Shown piece after piece: positions 1 to 11,830 of a DNA stretch of 64,000 bases; positions within the stretch are counted from its first letter, which is position 1, and every line of letters begins with the position of its first letter. The notes under the pieces are model-generated. The model saw only the letters and a list, made by a program, of their open reading frames with translations, was not told where the DNA came from and did not search any database. The stretch spans positions 41,106,001 to 41,170,000 of the forward strand of contig OZ024756.1 of the NCBI GenBank assembly GCA_964016885.1, read 5' to 3'. Origin of the DNA: Eledone cirrhosa. Its lineage: Eukaryota. The position numbers and the translations under genes are program-made.

Positions 1-340
1 TCGTCAGTAGGCTACCACTCGTCAGTAGGCTACCCCTCGTCAGTAGGCTACCCCTCGTCAGTAGGCTACCCCTCGTCAGTAGGCTACCCCTCGTCAGTAG
101 GCTACCCCTCGTCAGTAGGCTACCACTCGTCAGTAGGCTACCCCTCGTCAGTAGGCTACCCCTCGTCAGTAGGCTACCCCTCGTCAGTAGGCTACCCCTC
201 GTCAGTAGGCTACCCCTCGTCAGTAGGCTACCCCTCGTCAGTAGGCTACCCCTCGTCAGTAGGCTACCCCTCGTCAGTAGGCTACCCCTCGTCAGGCTAC
301 CACTCGTCAGTAGGCTACCCCTCGTCAGTAGGCTACCCCT
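1..340. repeat. 18-bp minisatellite (tcgtcagtaggctacccc), ~19 copies, runs off the window start
   Basis: Direct reading; occasional ccac variant. Confidence 0.95.
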
Positions 341-479
341 CATCACTATAAATCTTGAATCTGCCTCCCATCTCATAGCTGACATCTTTCAATGTTTAGT
401 GTTTCACCTACACTACACAACTCATTCCCAGGGGCCTAGACACGCCTTCCCTTATCATTAGATACACACACACACACAT

Positions 480-990
<511 letters not shown>

Positions 991-1492
991 GAGTTAGATA
1001 GATAGGTAAAGGTAGATGGATTTATCAATATATATATATAAAGAGAATATGTGTGTGAGAGAGAGAGAGAGTGGAGACATGCATACAAACAACCACAACA
1101 ACAACCACAAACAACAACAATAATAAAAACAACAACAACAAAGAGAGGAAGAGAAATTGAGAAAGAAAACAAAAGATTTCTTTAAATAAACATTAAGTAA
1201 ACATAGGCAGACTGGAAAGTTAAGATAAAATGTTCTAACGAGAGATTGGTATGGATAAAGACAGATAAAGTAAAAGGTAGAATATATTTTTGTGTATATA
1301 TATACACCTACACACAATAACACTTCATTTTCAGATTCATATAACATATATCATATATACATATATACATACATGTGAATATATATATATATATAACATT
1401 GAAAATGAAACCAAATACTGTTGATTATATATTTTAATTAACACGTTTAAAATTTCTTCACCTATCTTTATCTGAATTCTAAATACATATAT

Positions 1493-1728
1493 ATGGAGGA
1501 TGACCGCTGGGTAAAGAAGTGCCACAAAATCCCAGTGGAAGGAAGATGCAGTAGAGGAAGACCATGAAAAACATGGGGGGAGGTGGTGAGAGCTGACCTC
1601 AGATGGCTGAAGCTCACGGGAAAGATGACGAATGGAGGAGAGATTCTGTGCTTAATAAGACCCATCCCACCCTTGCAAGCAGGGAAAAGCGGACGTAAAA
1701 TGATGATGATGATGATGATGATGATAAT
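1493..1728 (+). mobile_element. 3' end of an RTE-clade LINE (5'-truncated) with (GAT)n tail
   Basis: Translates MEDDRWVKKCHKIPVEGRCSRGRP*KTWGEVVRADLRWLKLTGKMT, the RTE ORF C-terminal GRPxKTW motif; ends gcagggaaaagcggacgtaaaatgatgatg. Confidence 0.75.
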
Positions 1729-1794
1729 GATATTATAAAGTGAAATTACAGGAAGCCAAATATGTTGAATTTCCTTAATTATTTATTTCTGTAA

Positions 1795-1852
1795 ACACTA
1801 TGCACATTTCAGTTGCCAGGTTGCGTAATAACCCGGTGACCTCATCAGGTGT
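1795..1852 (-). ncRNA. Minimal type-I hammerhead ribozyme-like motif
   Basis: Minus strand: acac-CTGATGA-ggtcaccgggtt(attacgc)aacctggcaact-GAAA-tgtgca-TA-gtgt; intact core, 12-position stem II with 2 mismatches, near-palindromic stem III. Confidence 0.7.
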
Positions 1853-2052
1853 AAATTGTGTAAGAGATGTATACCAACGGAATGATGGTAAACTTTAAGG
1901 AAACAAGCAGAGAGGAAAAAGTGTGTTTATGTTTTTGACCCAGAGACAAACGTAGTAGCATGTTGTTACAATGTCTCATATATATACATATATATATATA
2001 TATGTATATATATGTATATATATGTATATGTATATACGTATATGTATATATT

Positions 2053-2227
2053 CGAGGGTCGGCTGAAAAGTTAATGGAATGACCAAATGAGGTTTATTTT
2101 TCAACATAGTCCCTGGAAAGAAACAACGCAGTTATTAATAAGCACTGTTGAAATTAATGCATGCAAGATTTCACAGCTCTAGCATCAATCTTTCATCATC
2201 ATCCTATGAACTTTTCAGCTGACCCTG
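2053..2227. mobile_element. Tc1/mariner-derived MITE
   Basis: TIRs cgagggtcggctgaaaagtt / aacttttcagctgaccctg followed by TA; sits beside a TA-rich array. Confidence 0.65.
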
Positions 2228-2377
2228 TACATAAGATGCTGTTTGATGATGTAGCATTACTGGTTGTATAATTGAAGCATGATGAAGCCATGAGTGCCAC
2301 TGAAATATGTATCACAGCTTTATGAATAAAGGAATTTTGAACATCTACACCTGACCTTCACAATCATCCTTATTGTG

Positions 2378-2437
<60 letters not shown>

Positions 2438-2547
2438 ATATATCATCATCATCATCATCATCGTTTAACATCTATCTTCCATGTTAACATGGGTTAGACG
2501 GGAATTGTCCCACTTGAGGCAAGATACATATACATATACATATGTAC

Positions 2548-2580
<33 letters not shown>

Positions 2581-3198
2581 TTGAAATTCTTGGCACAGAA
2601 ATAGTAAGACATATGTTTAAGTTTGAAGAGACCACTTAAAGCACCATTGTCTTCCATAGTCCAGTTGCAGCCCAGCATTATTTGATTCATGTGCATCTCA
2701 TAAATCACTCAATTTGTAATACCTCGTCTTGTAAACTGCTGGCGACATATTTCAATAGTTTTGATGGTACCACCCTAAAGACTTCCATTATCATCTAGCT
2801 ACAGTAACTAAACAAACTTCAACTTTCAGCTTATGTCTGACTTCTTGGTGTTGTTTAATCCCAAGTCAGCATTTTTTAGGGGGCAGACCTATGATCAAAG
2901 ACATTCCACGAGTGACCATCTCATCTTTTTGTTTCTTCTCATAGTGTACAGTGTACCTAGGACTACATTATTTCATGTGTTCATCCTTCTTTCTTTTTTT
3001 TCTTTTTTCTTTTCCTTTTCTTTAAGTTAGTTAACTAAAAATGCTGCTGCTGCTGTTGTTGTTGTTGTTGTTTATAACAAGATCAAACAAACCTATTATT
3101 AAAAGCATTGCAGTTATGACCATACATACCCCCCCCTCTCTCTCTCACTATATATATATATATATATATATAGCTATCTATTTATCTATCTATAGCTA

Positions 3199-3294
<96 letters not shown>

Positions 3295-4490
3295 AACAAA
3301 AGCAGTTTGAAGGACAAATCATAAATATAAAGAATAACATATTGTTATCTAAGTGGCTGTGGCTGTTGCAGAGCAACTTTTACTTCTTCTGAGACAGAAG
3401 AGTGAACTTTGGCATTTGTTCAGGTGTGTAAAACAATTCACGGTAAACAAAACAATGAAGAATTTACCTGGGGGAAGATACTACAACAACAACAACAACA
3501 ATAGTAACAACAATAACAGCAGCAGCAACGGCAGCAGTAGCAACAACAATACAAACTACGATGACAGCATCATCAACAACAGTTACAGCAACAACATCAA
3601 CATCATCATCACATGTCAGTATTCAACATAAACTATAGGGTTTCTCTTATGTAAACCATCAATTTATTATAAAACAAATTTTCCAATTTGTATGATTATT
3701 TATGTCCTCCACTAAAGTGGAATTTGCCAACACTACACCTGATATCCCCCCCCTCCATACACACACACACATGTATATCATGACTCATACACTGTTCACT
3801 TACCTGACATTTGTACATCATTCTATGTACTATACATGCACCTTTGATGAGTTGTAGTGCACCTCAACACTGTACACAATAATTTCATTATTATATCAAT
3901 ATTGGTAGAGGGTCGGACGCCATGTCGACCCTCTAATAAAGTACCAGTCACGCACTGGGGTAAATTTAATCAACTTCTCCCTCCCCAACAACATTGCTGG
4001 CCTTGTGCCTATACCATTATTATTGTGCCTAAACCATTATTATATTATTATATGACATACACACACACATGTATATCATGACTCATACACTGTTCACTTA
4101 CCTGACATTTGTACATCATTCTATGTACTATACATACACCTTTGATGGGTTGTAGTGCACCTGAGCACTGTACACAATAATTTCATTATTATATTATTAT
4201 ATGACATAACAATCCTGGACTCCCCAAGTTAAATATATTCAACACCATTGTCATCATTTCTGGCGGCACTGGTCCACAACATCCACATACCCCCTTCACT
4301 AATTTATGAGGGTGTGAATACAAGAAAAGGAGTACTCAATACATACAGTAGAGATTATTGATTTAATTGACACTTAAAACTTCACTCATCACTTTATTTC
4401 TGACTTCTCATTCCATGGACATTGCCTTAACTTTTATATAAATGTGTGTATGTTATATGTATATATATATATATGTGTGTGTAGAGAGAG

Positions 4491-4533
<43 letters not shown>

Positions 4534-4799
4534 TTGTGTGTGTGTTGAGAAGGTAGCTGCAAAAGGGAAAAAAAGAGGGGGTAGAAAAGGAGAGAGAGAG
4601 GAAATGAGAGAAGTGTGTGAGTGTGTGTGTGTATTTGTGTATGTGTGTGAGTGTGTGTGTGTATTTGTGTATGTGTGTGAGTGGTGTGTGTGTGTGTGTA
4701 TGTGTATATATGTGTGCGTGTATGTGTGAGTGGCGTGCATATGTGCGTGTGTATGTGGGTGGTGTGTGTATATGCATGTGTGTATGTGTGAGTGGTGTG

Positions 4800-4831
<32 letters not shown>

Positions 4832-5111
4832 AAACGTTTCAAACTCCTCCTCTGTTCACCTGGTTTCCATCAAATATAAAGATTTTATCAAAAGTTATGA
4901 TTTCAGATAAACAGACTCGCAGCTAAATGGAGGAAACATAATTTAAAAACATAAAAAACAACCCAAAATATTTTACGGTGAAATTAGATTGTTTTTAATT
5001 TTATATACATTAAAAGAAAGGAAGTGTAATGTTTAATTCTGTCACATAGTTGAGTATATACATACATACACACACACATACATACATACATATACACAAT
5101 CATACATATAC

Positions 5112-5182
<71 letters not shown>

Positions 5183-5312
5183 TATATCTGTATTAATACA
5201 GAATATGTAACTGAGACTGCACCAGTGTGTATAAATATATACATATATCTAATATGTAGGCATGTAAACATGTCTGAAAATAAGAATTTCCCTGTAAATT
5301 GAAAAAGATGAT

Positions 5313-5429
5313 AAACACCTTTAATTGATTTTTGGATCTAATTGGACCCTCATCAGAAGGGTTGATTGGATGATATACATACCTTTTGATGAGGGCCCAA
5401 TTAGATCTGAAAATCGATTAAAGGTGTTT
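5313..5429. ncRNA. Inverted pair of hammerhead-like motifs (5316-5360 on -, 5380-5426 on +)
   Basis: +: tacctt-TTGATGA-gggcccaattagatct-GAAA-atcgat-TA-aaggtg; -: cctt-CTGATGA-gggtccaattagatcc-AAAA-atcaat-TA-aagg. Each copy carries one core substitution. Confidence 0.65.
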
Positions 5430-5786
5430 GGTGACATACATGATAAACATATGCAGTACTTGCTGTAAAGTGGTTGGCGAGAGGAACAACATCCAGTTAT
5501 AGAAAACTTGCTAAACAAGGGTTGGGAGGTTCCACAGTTGTGTCAAAGACATTATAACCTCTTCTGTAGACTTGGCATAACATGAGACCATACATAAGCG
5601 AGACACAGATCCTTGTCTTGTCTGGGAGACCAGTAGCTCCACTTCAGTACTGACTTGGTCTGACCCGTCCACCACTTGCTAATAGGGAAAGCGGATGTTA
5701 AAACAATGATGATGATGATAATATATATGTACACTTTCATATATAAATATATATATACATATATATACACACATATGCATATATAT

Positions 5787-5861
<75 letters not shown>

Positions 5862-5863
<2 letters not shown>

Positions 5864-6059
5864 AACAAGTAGGACCCCGACGGCTGAGCTCAAGCCGTTT
5901 CGACTCAGGGGGTAATTCCATATATGGTAAAAGTGATTGTCACAAGGATTGAGCTCAGCCATCGGGGTCCTACTCGTTCCCATTACCCACTCTACTACTC
6001 TAAGTATTGAGTACTTTGGTGCGTTATGGTCCATCTGGTTCCTTACCACATTTCCTTCG

Positions 6060-6060
<1 letters not shown>
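5862..6060. mobile_element. Small element inside a (TA)n array with 35-bp inverted repeats (5862-5980)
   Basis: ggaacaagtaggaccccgacggctgagctcaagcc / ggattgagctcagccatcggggtcctactcgttcc; related segments at ~11670-11770 and ~21013-21116. Confidence 0.55.
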
Positions 6061-6097
<37 letters not shown>

Positions 6098-6180
6098 ATA
6101 TATATATATACGTGTGTGTGTGTGTATGTGTATGTGTGTGTGTGTATATATGTGTGTGTGTGTATGTATATATATATATA

Positions 6181-6246
<66 letters not shown>

Positions 6247-6739
6247 TATATATACATACACACACACATACATACACACACATATATATATTATATTATA
6301 TGCATTCCCATATGTATCATACATATATATATAGTCTATCAAACATTTATATTTCAGTAAACCTCCCATTCCACATCACACATCCACACACATATAGACA
6401 AACTCATACTTTCACACACACACACAGTTATATACACACACACACAGACAGACAGACAGACAGAGTTACAGTTGTGATTGTCACAGTTGGCACTCCCGTT
6501 TGGTCGGTGCTGAAATTTTAGATTTTGATTGGCATTACTGAAAGAATTTACACAATTTCTTTCGACTTGTTCTGCTTAAAAGCTTGCAAGAACTTTCTAG
6601 AACATGTGAGCTGCCAGGAATCCTGACACCCGCCTGGACTTAAATATGAGATTCTAACGAGGGCGGGGGATAAAGGAGGTTGTTTATTATGAAATAATAA
6701 TAATAGTACATATGTACTATTATTACTCAGAAGTTGTAT

Positions 6740-7440
6740 GTGGATATGTGTTTGTATGTATGTGTGTGTGTGTGGTAGAGTGTGTGTGTGAGAGTGTGTG
6801 TGTGTGGTAGTATGTGTGTGTGTGGTAATATGTATGTGTGTGGTAGTATGTGTGTGTGTGTTTGTATGTGTGTGTGTTTGTATGTGCCTGTGAGTGTTTG
6901 TGTGTTTGTGTGTGTGTGTGTGAGTGTTAGTATGTGTGTGAGTTTGAATGTGTCTGTGAGTGTTTATGTGTGTTTATGTGAGTGTTAGTATGCGTGTGTG
7001 TTTGTATGTGTCTGTGAGTGTTTATGTGCGTTTGTGTGTGTGTGTGTGAGTGTTAGTATGTGTGTGTGTTTGTATGTGTCTGTGAGTGTTTATGTGCGTT
7101 TGTGTGTGTGTGTGTGAGTGTTAGTATGTGTTTGTATGTGTCTGTGAGTGTTTGTGTGTGTGTGTGAGTGTTAGTATGTGTGTGAGTTTGTATGTGTCTG
7201 TGAGTGTTTATGTGTGTTTGTGTGTGAGTGTTAGTATGTGTGTGTGTTTGTATGTGTCTGTCAGTGTTTATGTGTGTGTGTGTGTGAGTGTTAGTATGTG
7301 TGTGTGTTTGTATGTGTCTGTGAGTGTTTATGTGTGTTTGTGTGAGTGTTAGTATGCGTGTGTGTTTGTATGTGTCTGTGAGTATTTATGTGTGTTTGTG
7401 TGTGTGAGCGAGTGTTTATGTGTGTGTGCATGTGTGTATT
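6740..7440. repeat. GT-rich compound minisatellite (gtgagtgttagtatgtgtgtgtgtttgtatgtgtct)
   Basis: Direct reading. Confidence 0.9.
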
Positions 7441-7957
7441 TCTGTTGAAATTCATTGTGTCTAATGTATGTGTGTATGTGTGTGTGTGGGGGGGGGGGGG
7501 GGGGGTACAGAAGTTAATTATTAATGCTTTAAGGCCTGGATTCTCCAGCAGGGTGTTTATCTGAGAAAGTTGTGCTGTGTTGTCACAAAGATAAACTAGT
7601 TCAAGCAGTTAAAAGCACTCTACGTCAGTTGTATATATCCAGTACTGTGATGGCGAATACAGGCACTGAAATAACATTAAGACAGATGTTATATTCACAT
7701 AATTCTATTTACTACATTATACATATTTCAATGGCATTGTGAGGTTAGTTATTATATAATGGTTACATCAGTAATTGACACTGGTGTGACATCATCAGAT
7801 GTTAACACAATTATGTGAAGTGGTTATGTTTGGTATGTTGATATGTCACAGACAAATTACTTTCATCTTGGTGTAAATCTGAGAAACATATGTTCACCAG
7901 ATTTACTCCATTTTGAAAATACTCTATTTTGAATATATATATTTATGTCTATTTTAA

Positions 7958-8005
<48 letters not shown>

Positions 8006-8032
8006 TGAGAGTGAGAGAGAGAGAGAGAGAGT

Positions 8033-8064
<32 letters not shown>

Positions 8065-8197
8065 TTAATAAAATGCCAATGGGGAGGGCTTTTCAGTTCA
8101 AAGACCAACTTAGTTCTGTACCTAAAAATGCATTGAGTACTCTCCTGGTTTGTGGTCTTCCTTGTTTATGCACTACAAACAATATATATATACACAC

Positions 8198-8230
<33 letters not shown>

Positions 8231-9127
8231 AATATACACACACACACATACATACACATGTGTGTGTGTGAGTTTTGTTTGTATCTATTTGGAGTCTGCA
8301 TGTAGGTGGCTTTGTGTGTATGTAAACATCCAGTGGCATAGTTTAAGTATAGTCATACAGTTTTTCTTTCCTTTATTATTATTATTATTTGAAAAATTGT
8401 TTTTCCTTAGCTTCTATTTTTATCCGTTCCTCTCTATTTTTATCCTCCACTTCAAGTTTTTGCAAAGATTTCAGCTGAAACTTCCTTTTACAATAAGATT
8501 TGTTAGAATTAATTTTCTGACTAGGTTGAAAGTATTTAACACTTAGTTATGGTCCATGAAGACAGCAAATTGGCAGAGTCACTAGAATGTCGGCTTAAAT
8601 GATTTGCAGTATTTATTCTGGCTCTCTGTGTGGTATTTATTCCACTTCTCTGCACTCTGAGTTCAAAACCTACCGAGGTCAACTTTGCATTTTGTCCTTT
8701 CGAGGTAATATAAAAAAAGTACCAGTCTTGAAAGTCTAACCCATGCTAGTGTGGAAAATGGTCGTTAAACGATGATGATGATGATGAAAGTGTTATAAAA
8801 CTAAACACCATTTACTTACTTTATATATCAATACTATCTCCTTGATATACATTCAATAGAAGCCTCACCATAGTTTAAGTTTTGAAGTATGTGGTCTTCT
8901 GAAACTGAAGACTGCAGGAATTTGTTTGATGGAAAATTGAGTTACTGAATAAACAGACTTTGTGAATGATATGTTGTCAGGAATCTTGGGTCAAGAAGTT
9001 CACTGTATTTACTGCACTAATGTAGAGGATAAATAAATATTTATTCTTTTTATCTTTATCAGCTAGCAAGTGACACATTAGACAAAATATTTAGTTGATG
9101 TTGTTGTTGAAAGTTTTAGTTTGTTGA

Positions 9128-9345
9128 AGTCAACTTACTTTTCATACTTCCGGTGGTTGATAAAATAAAGTACCAGTAATGTACTGCGGTTGATATGATC
9201 AACTTTATCTTTCATCCTTCCGGGGGTTGATAAAATAAAGTACCAGTAACGTACTGAGATTGATATAATCAACTTTATCTTTCATCTTTCTGGGGTAGAT
9301 AAAATAAAGTACCAGTAACAACTGGAGTTGATATAATCAACTTTC
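9128..9345 (+). repeat. Three tandem ~70-bp copies of the SINE-A 3' segment
   Basis: ttcatccttccggggttgataaaataaagtaccagtaa...gatataatcaacttt repeated three times. Confidence 0.8.
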
Positions 9346-9406
9346 CCATGGCTCCAATTTACTGATCTTGTGCCTAAAATAGAAATCATTATTGTTATAC
9401 AACAAG

Positions 9407-9592
9407 GGCGGTGGATTGGCAGTATCGGTAGAGGGTCGGGCGCCATGCTTTGAAGCATAGAGTTACCTCCCTTTATGATCTGAGTTCAAATCCCGCCGAG
9501 GTTAACTTTGCCTTTCATCCTTACGGGGTCGATAAAATAAAGTACCAGTAATGCACTGGGATAATTGCTGGCCTGGTGCCAAAAGTAGAAAC
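9407..9592 (+). mobile_element. tRNA-derived SINE, family A (near full length)
   Basis: A-box-like tggcagtatcggtag, B box gagttcaaatccc, body gaggttaactttgcctttcatcc...gataaaataaagtaccag. Further copies at ~8565-8730, 9615-9715, 10050-10195, 12330-12490, 16725-16885, 20555-20750, 48795-49030, 50190-50290 and 51188-51305. Confidence 0.8.
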
Positions 9593-9917
9593 AATTATTG
9601 TTATACAACAAAGCTAATATACTGGCAGAATCGGTAGAGCATCGGACAAATGCTTTACAGTATTTGTTCTGGCTCTTAGCAGTCTGAGTTCAACTTTGCC
9701 TTTCATAGTTCCAGTTAAGCAAGATTTGAACTCCAAACCAGGTCAACTTGGATTTTATTGGAATCAATCAAATTTTCTAAAATAAAATAAATTCCGACTC
9801 TAAACAGCATAAATAAATAGTTAAATAAAAATGTCAAAGTTTGCCGGTTTCTAATCAAAGGGAGACTATTAGTGTTAGAAACACAGAGTTGACAACAGTT
9901 ATCGTTCGTGTTTAAAA

Positions 9918-9991
9918 ATGGAGTCACCTATGGAAGATAATAACGTGGAGAGCTCTGGCCTCCAACAACAGAGAAATGTACCTTGTGTCTT
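9918..9991 (+). CDS. ZNHIT2: ZNHIT2 exon 1 (MESPMEDNNVESSGLQQQRNVPCVF)
   Basis: aaaaATGG start; ends TT|gtaggt (phase 2), joining exon 2 to give the first CxxC of the zf-HIT. Confidence 0.8.
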
Positions 9992-11354
9992 GTAGGTATT
10001 TTCCTCTTTAGTATAAACTCTACTTCTAAATGGTGAAACGAGAGAGTCGTTAAAACCTGAGATAGCATACTTTGCAGTATTTGTTCCGGCTGTCTGTGTT
10101 CTGAGTTCAAATCACGCCGAGTTCAACTTTTATTTTTATTTTTCTAGATCGACAAAAAAACAAACAAAAGTACCAGTCCAGAACTGGGGTCGATTCTCCC
10201 TCTATATCTTTCTTTCACTCCTTCGCTGGAAAGAATCGAGAGGAAATGGGCTCCGTCAGGTCTTAAATGTCCAAGACACGCTGTGTTCCGGCGAGTATTA
10301 CTAGTACATACATATATATATACATATACACACTTAACTTACGAACAATGACCGCTTTTAGGGAACTGTCTGCACTATTTAGTTTTCTTCGTCCACATTA
10401 CTATTACACAACATCCATATTTTAGTTCTACTGAGCCAACGAAGGAGCCAGCTTTTACGCTATTAACCTGCGAGAAATAGCAGTCAAACGTTCCTCAAAT
10501 CACACCTTACTCTCTTCAAAATAAAGAATATATTGGATAATGTAGTGGTACCACGCTTCTTTGTTATTAGCCCGCATTAAAAAATGTAGACAAATGATAT
10601 TTAACCGTAATACTTACCGTGTGGTTTAACTTAACCCTAACCAATGACTGATTAAAAACTGTAGAAGGTTTGGATGCCCCACCCCCGTTAAAAACACCAG
10701 AAAGTCTCACACAAAAAAAAATAAAATAAAACATGCCTTTTGATTATTTTGGGGCCCTAACTCTAAACACGTATATTTTGCTTAATGGTTAATCCACATG
10801 TGCTTCTAGCCCCCTTTACACTAATCCACAGGTGCTCCTAACTCCTGAACCTGTATAATGTTTGTTTCAATTTGAAATGTGGGATAATCACAAAGAAATA
10901 CTGGATCTCCGAACGTGACCAACCAAGGTTAAGGACGTTATCCAACCACCTAACTTTGCCTGTAAAATATGTCCTGTTATTCTTTCCTTAGACATTCTAG
11001 ATATTGGTAAATTTAAAGTAAATTTGATGTATGTTCTCATGTTGTTTTTATCTGTTTTCTTTTTCTGTCTATATTATTTTTACAGTTGCCTGCTACATGT
11101 CTCTAAATACACCTGTCCAAGATGTAAAGCTGCTTATTGTTCTGTTACCTGTTACCGAAGTAAAAAACACCTTCAATGTTCTGAATCATTCTACAAGAAC
11201 TGTGTCACTGAAGGACTGGTTGACCTGACAGTCAGGTTGTGTATTTTGGTCTCTACTTTGATATTCTTGTCTGCTCTCATCAATAATATATTTTTCATCA
11301 TCATCATCACCATCATCAGAGTAACACAGACTCATCGCTTAACCATGATAAACA

Positions 11355-11404
<50 letters not shown>

Positions 11405-11771
11405 ATAAGGATATTTATATTTATATATGTTTAATACAACTAAATATGGAGGGTAGTACTAAGTACTAGCTGGTTACCGGTATGACATATATATATAACT
11501 ATATATAATAATAATAATAACATTAACAAAGGTGCTGATGTTACAAAAATCGTTTATTCATTATAATTATTTCAACGGTTCTCCCATGCAATCAAGATGT
11601 AATTTAAGCTTTCTCCTGCTTGCTCCTGTTTTTACCAAAACAACCTCTTCCGAACAATATATATATATAGGTCTGGAACTAGCTGTTAAAATGGCAAGAG
11701 CTCAGCCGTTGGGTTCCGACCCTTTACAATATATACATATATACGTCTGGATCGGTCATCAGACAGAGATG

Positions 11772-11830
<59 letters not shown>

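Noticed and set aside
2590-4420. Possible exons in unique stretches (2590-2790, 3350-3480, 4200-4300)
   Set aside because: No recognisable protein motif and no consistent splice-phase chain.
10625-10645. Telomere-like taaccc repeats (also ~63107)
   Set aside because: Only 2-3 imperfect units.
10877-10980. Alternative ZNHIT2 first exon or U12-type donor near 10968
   Set aside because: The ATG at 10877 hits a stop, the donor does not match RTATCCTT, and 9918-9991 supplies the CxxC with a canonical GT.
11700-11770. Minus-strand CTGATGA followed by a 7-bp stem
   Set aside because: Followed by GAAC/GGAC rather than GAAA in this and sibling copies.
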